60,000 bases of DNA. Origin: Amphiscolops sp. MND2022 (lineage: Eukaryota). Position numbers and translations under genes: made by a program. Position 1 is the first letter of the stretch; each line of letters begins with the position of its first letter. Location of the stretch: the NCBI GenBank assembly GCA_964187785.1, contig OZ076409.1, positions 18,478,001 through 18,538,000 on the forward strand, in the 5' to 3' direction. The notes beneath the pieces are model-generated. The model ran no database searches and was not told where the DNA came from. It was given only the letters and a program-made list of their open reading frames with translations. This document shows, piece after piece, positions 57,358 to 60,000 of the stretch.

Positions 57358-58353
57358 TCAGAATGTGATGTTCCAAACAATAATTTATTGTTTGTAGCAA
57401 TTTTATCAACAACTGAACGAAGTATAAATGAGAACTAATATCGTTATTTGAAACAATGCTGACAAAGTACAGGTGGACGTTGAGTACAAGAAAGAACAAT
57501 TATTGCAAGTAATCACTGATTGAGATTTTGGTATGAGTATAGCGTCTTGAATCATTGTCGGTGACCTGAGGTCCCTGTATATATAGTTAAGGCAGCATGA
57601 CACGCAAAATTGTTGCCATCACTTTCCCAAAAATAGCATCTTGTCCTGACGTCACAGTGACGCTACGGACGTAAATCTAAAATTAGCACTTCTTTGTGGG
57701 CAAGTAGGGCTAAGTGCTAAAAATAGCAACAATTGATAGACTCAAAGGCTAATAGCACATAATACGACTAAATGGGGGGGGCGTTTAGCCTTCCAATCAT
57801 CACTTTCATGATGTCCTAAACTATATTATTTACATAGTAATAATAACACGTACATGTAGTGGACTGTCGGTCCAAAGCAACTAAGCGAGACTAATGGTGA
57901 ACAATGCACTGCAATATGATTGGTTAATTGGTTAATGTACTACGCGTCCAAGTCGGCCAATGCTGACTACGATTTGAACACGTTTCCAATTAATCGTACA
58001 GTTTGCTTTACCGTTTACATTTCTACTGCTATTCCAATTTCAACTAACTGGTTTACATGATAAAGTATACTTTAATACATGTATAATCAAACTAATATGA
58101 TGTACATTGTTAGCTCCGGATAAGTAATGATTCGACTATACGTCTATTGTAGACAGGTCGACCTAAGGTCCATAAACTAATAAGTAATTGGTTAAAACAT
58201 TACGCAAGAACAGCATAATAGTAAGAGTTGTTTTAAATGTACTAGCAGTCTCCATACTTTAAAGTGGCAACACTCCAGTAGGGAGGTATAATCCGTTGGC
58301 TTCATTTGGGGCTATTTGGTAATTGTTTCCATCGCAGGCGGCAGTCTGCGACA
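56775..58353 (-). mobile_element. Solo LTR (1,579 bp)
   Basis: TGTCG...CGACA inverted ends; perfect 5-bp TSD ATGTG (56770-56774, 58354-58358); homologous to 34700-36251. Confidence 0.92.
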
Positions 58354-60000
58354 ATGTGTATTGATGAAGAAAAACTGAATGAATGCCTGTATGTTTTGAA
58401 AGGCTTTCGCAAAGTGAATCTCAATCAAGTCAGAGATTTAGACAAAATACCAGTAGTTGTTTACAAACAGTGTTCATCAATTCTTCATATCACTACTACA
58501 TTTACACTGCGTTTTCCCCTCATGCATTAAATTCGAACACAAATCACCCTTCATTACTGACACGACACGATCACACCGGAACTTAATGAATTTTCTACCC
58601 TTCATCAAAATCTGCTCAGCTGAGACGTCAACAATTTTCCCGCCATTCTAATGCAAATTAAATTCATTCACAATATAAACAGTAAACTAGCGTCATCTTC
58701 AGCGTCCTATTTGAGAATCGGTGACTAAATCATATGAGTATTTGAGAAATCAATGTGTGAATACAACGTGATCGTGTCCGTAAAAGAAGGCGGAAATATT
58801 TTCAAATTTAATTGCAGTAGTGGAAAATGCAGTGTAATTCTACAAGATTTACCACCGGGACCCTACGGAATTTTCTAGGTTTTATAAAAAAATTACCCAG
58901 CATGCAGGCCTGCAGCATGTAAAAAGTTCCAGCAGTTTCAACTAGGGTTGCTTTTAAAATTATAACAGTTTCTTAATGAAACCTGCAAAACGTCGATGCT
59001 TAAAATTGCAACCAAAACTTTGATTAATTTTTCCAGCAGCTTGATAGAAGTCGAAGACGACTGGGAAATCTTTTCGCATGGACGATACCGTAAGATTTAG
59101 AGATCATGCTGAAAGTTGCCGGGAACATTAAAGTTCATGAAAGGTTCAAGCAATTTTAACAAGGGCAGCGTACTATACTATCCAAAGTACTATTCGTTCG
59201 GTCTATTACTTTTTCATATGTCGAAAGGATTTTTCTTCGTGGAGCTTCAGAGCGTAGTACCAACACAATTCAAGTATGAACGCGTCCGCCAAGCGTGTAA
59301 AAGAGCTTCCTAAGGTTCCTGAATGTTCCTTCATAATTTGGGGGCTGAGAAAAATTACGACATTGAAATTCGGGTTTTATTCCTCAAAATGAGCAACCAG
59401 ATTTTCTCAATTTTCTTTTCTCATAACAAAAAACAGCTCAAATCACAACCATATAGGCACTGATTACTGAATATATCATCTCATTCATATACGTTACATT
59501 TGAGAATCTACAAGTCTCGACTCGGGTGCAGGTTTTTGTCGATGGTATTGGACTCGGCTATCGCTTTAGATTTTACCGGTTGTAACTAGTGGCTTGAGGT
59601 TAGAGGTTGGACACTTGTTCATGGAACGGGAATTCCCCAGAATCAATCACCAATCATGATTGACTGTTGGTCACTTTCAAAATCCGTGACTGTTTGGTAT
59701 TCAATGAATGCAAGCGTTATTTTCTCTAAACGCCAGGATGATACCTTACCTTTAACTTGAAGTGACCTGGGCGTTATTGAAGTTTTTTGAAAAACCTGAT
59801 TCAAATGTTCTATATATTAGTATCTCCACAACTGCGCATACCAGAGAAATGAACTATGAGCGCGTTCGAAAAGTCTGGGACTTCGCTTCCATTTTGGGTA
59901 TGTGAGCCTTTCAACTTGCTCTCGTCAAGAAAGAATTCTAGAAATATAACCATTTTTTAACAAGAAAAGCCCGTTTTTCTCAGTTTTGCATACCAATTCA

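Noticed and set aside
58360..60000. Short ORFs and CCAGCA-type motifs at the window end
   Set aside because: No recognisable protein motif, TIR pair or TSD.

Overview
AT-rich, intron-containing and repeat-dense eukaryotic (probably animal) DNA. The main feature is a young, structurally complete, very large (18,843 bp) Ty3/Gypsy LTR retrotransposon at 4425-23267 (+). It has 732-bp near-identical LTRs, a PBS, a PPT and a single-frame Gag-PR-RT-RH-IN polyprotein of about 3,100 aa broken by two small frameshifts. It carries unusual cargo: the integrase tail has an AT-hook, a Cys cluster and what appear to be two tandem degenerate TARG1/OARD1-type macrodomains. A third ORF of about 1,435 codons in the env position is not env-like and appears to contain a degenerate SGNH/GDSL esterase fold, preceded by a plausible splice acceptor. 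The rest of the window holds three exons of a host glutamine-synthetase-I/lengsin-like gene (- strand) and three solo LTRs with 5-bp TSDs whose 3' third encodes a protein N-terminus. It also holds a second truncated LTR element, Copia/LINE/hAT remnants, seven Helentron-type (HINE) non-autonomous elements, hAT- and MULE-type MITEs, a CACTA-like element carrying a ~172-bp tandem array, a 3 x 1,708-bp tandem triplication and two long palindromes. All domain calls are by eye from motifs; no searches were run.
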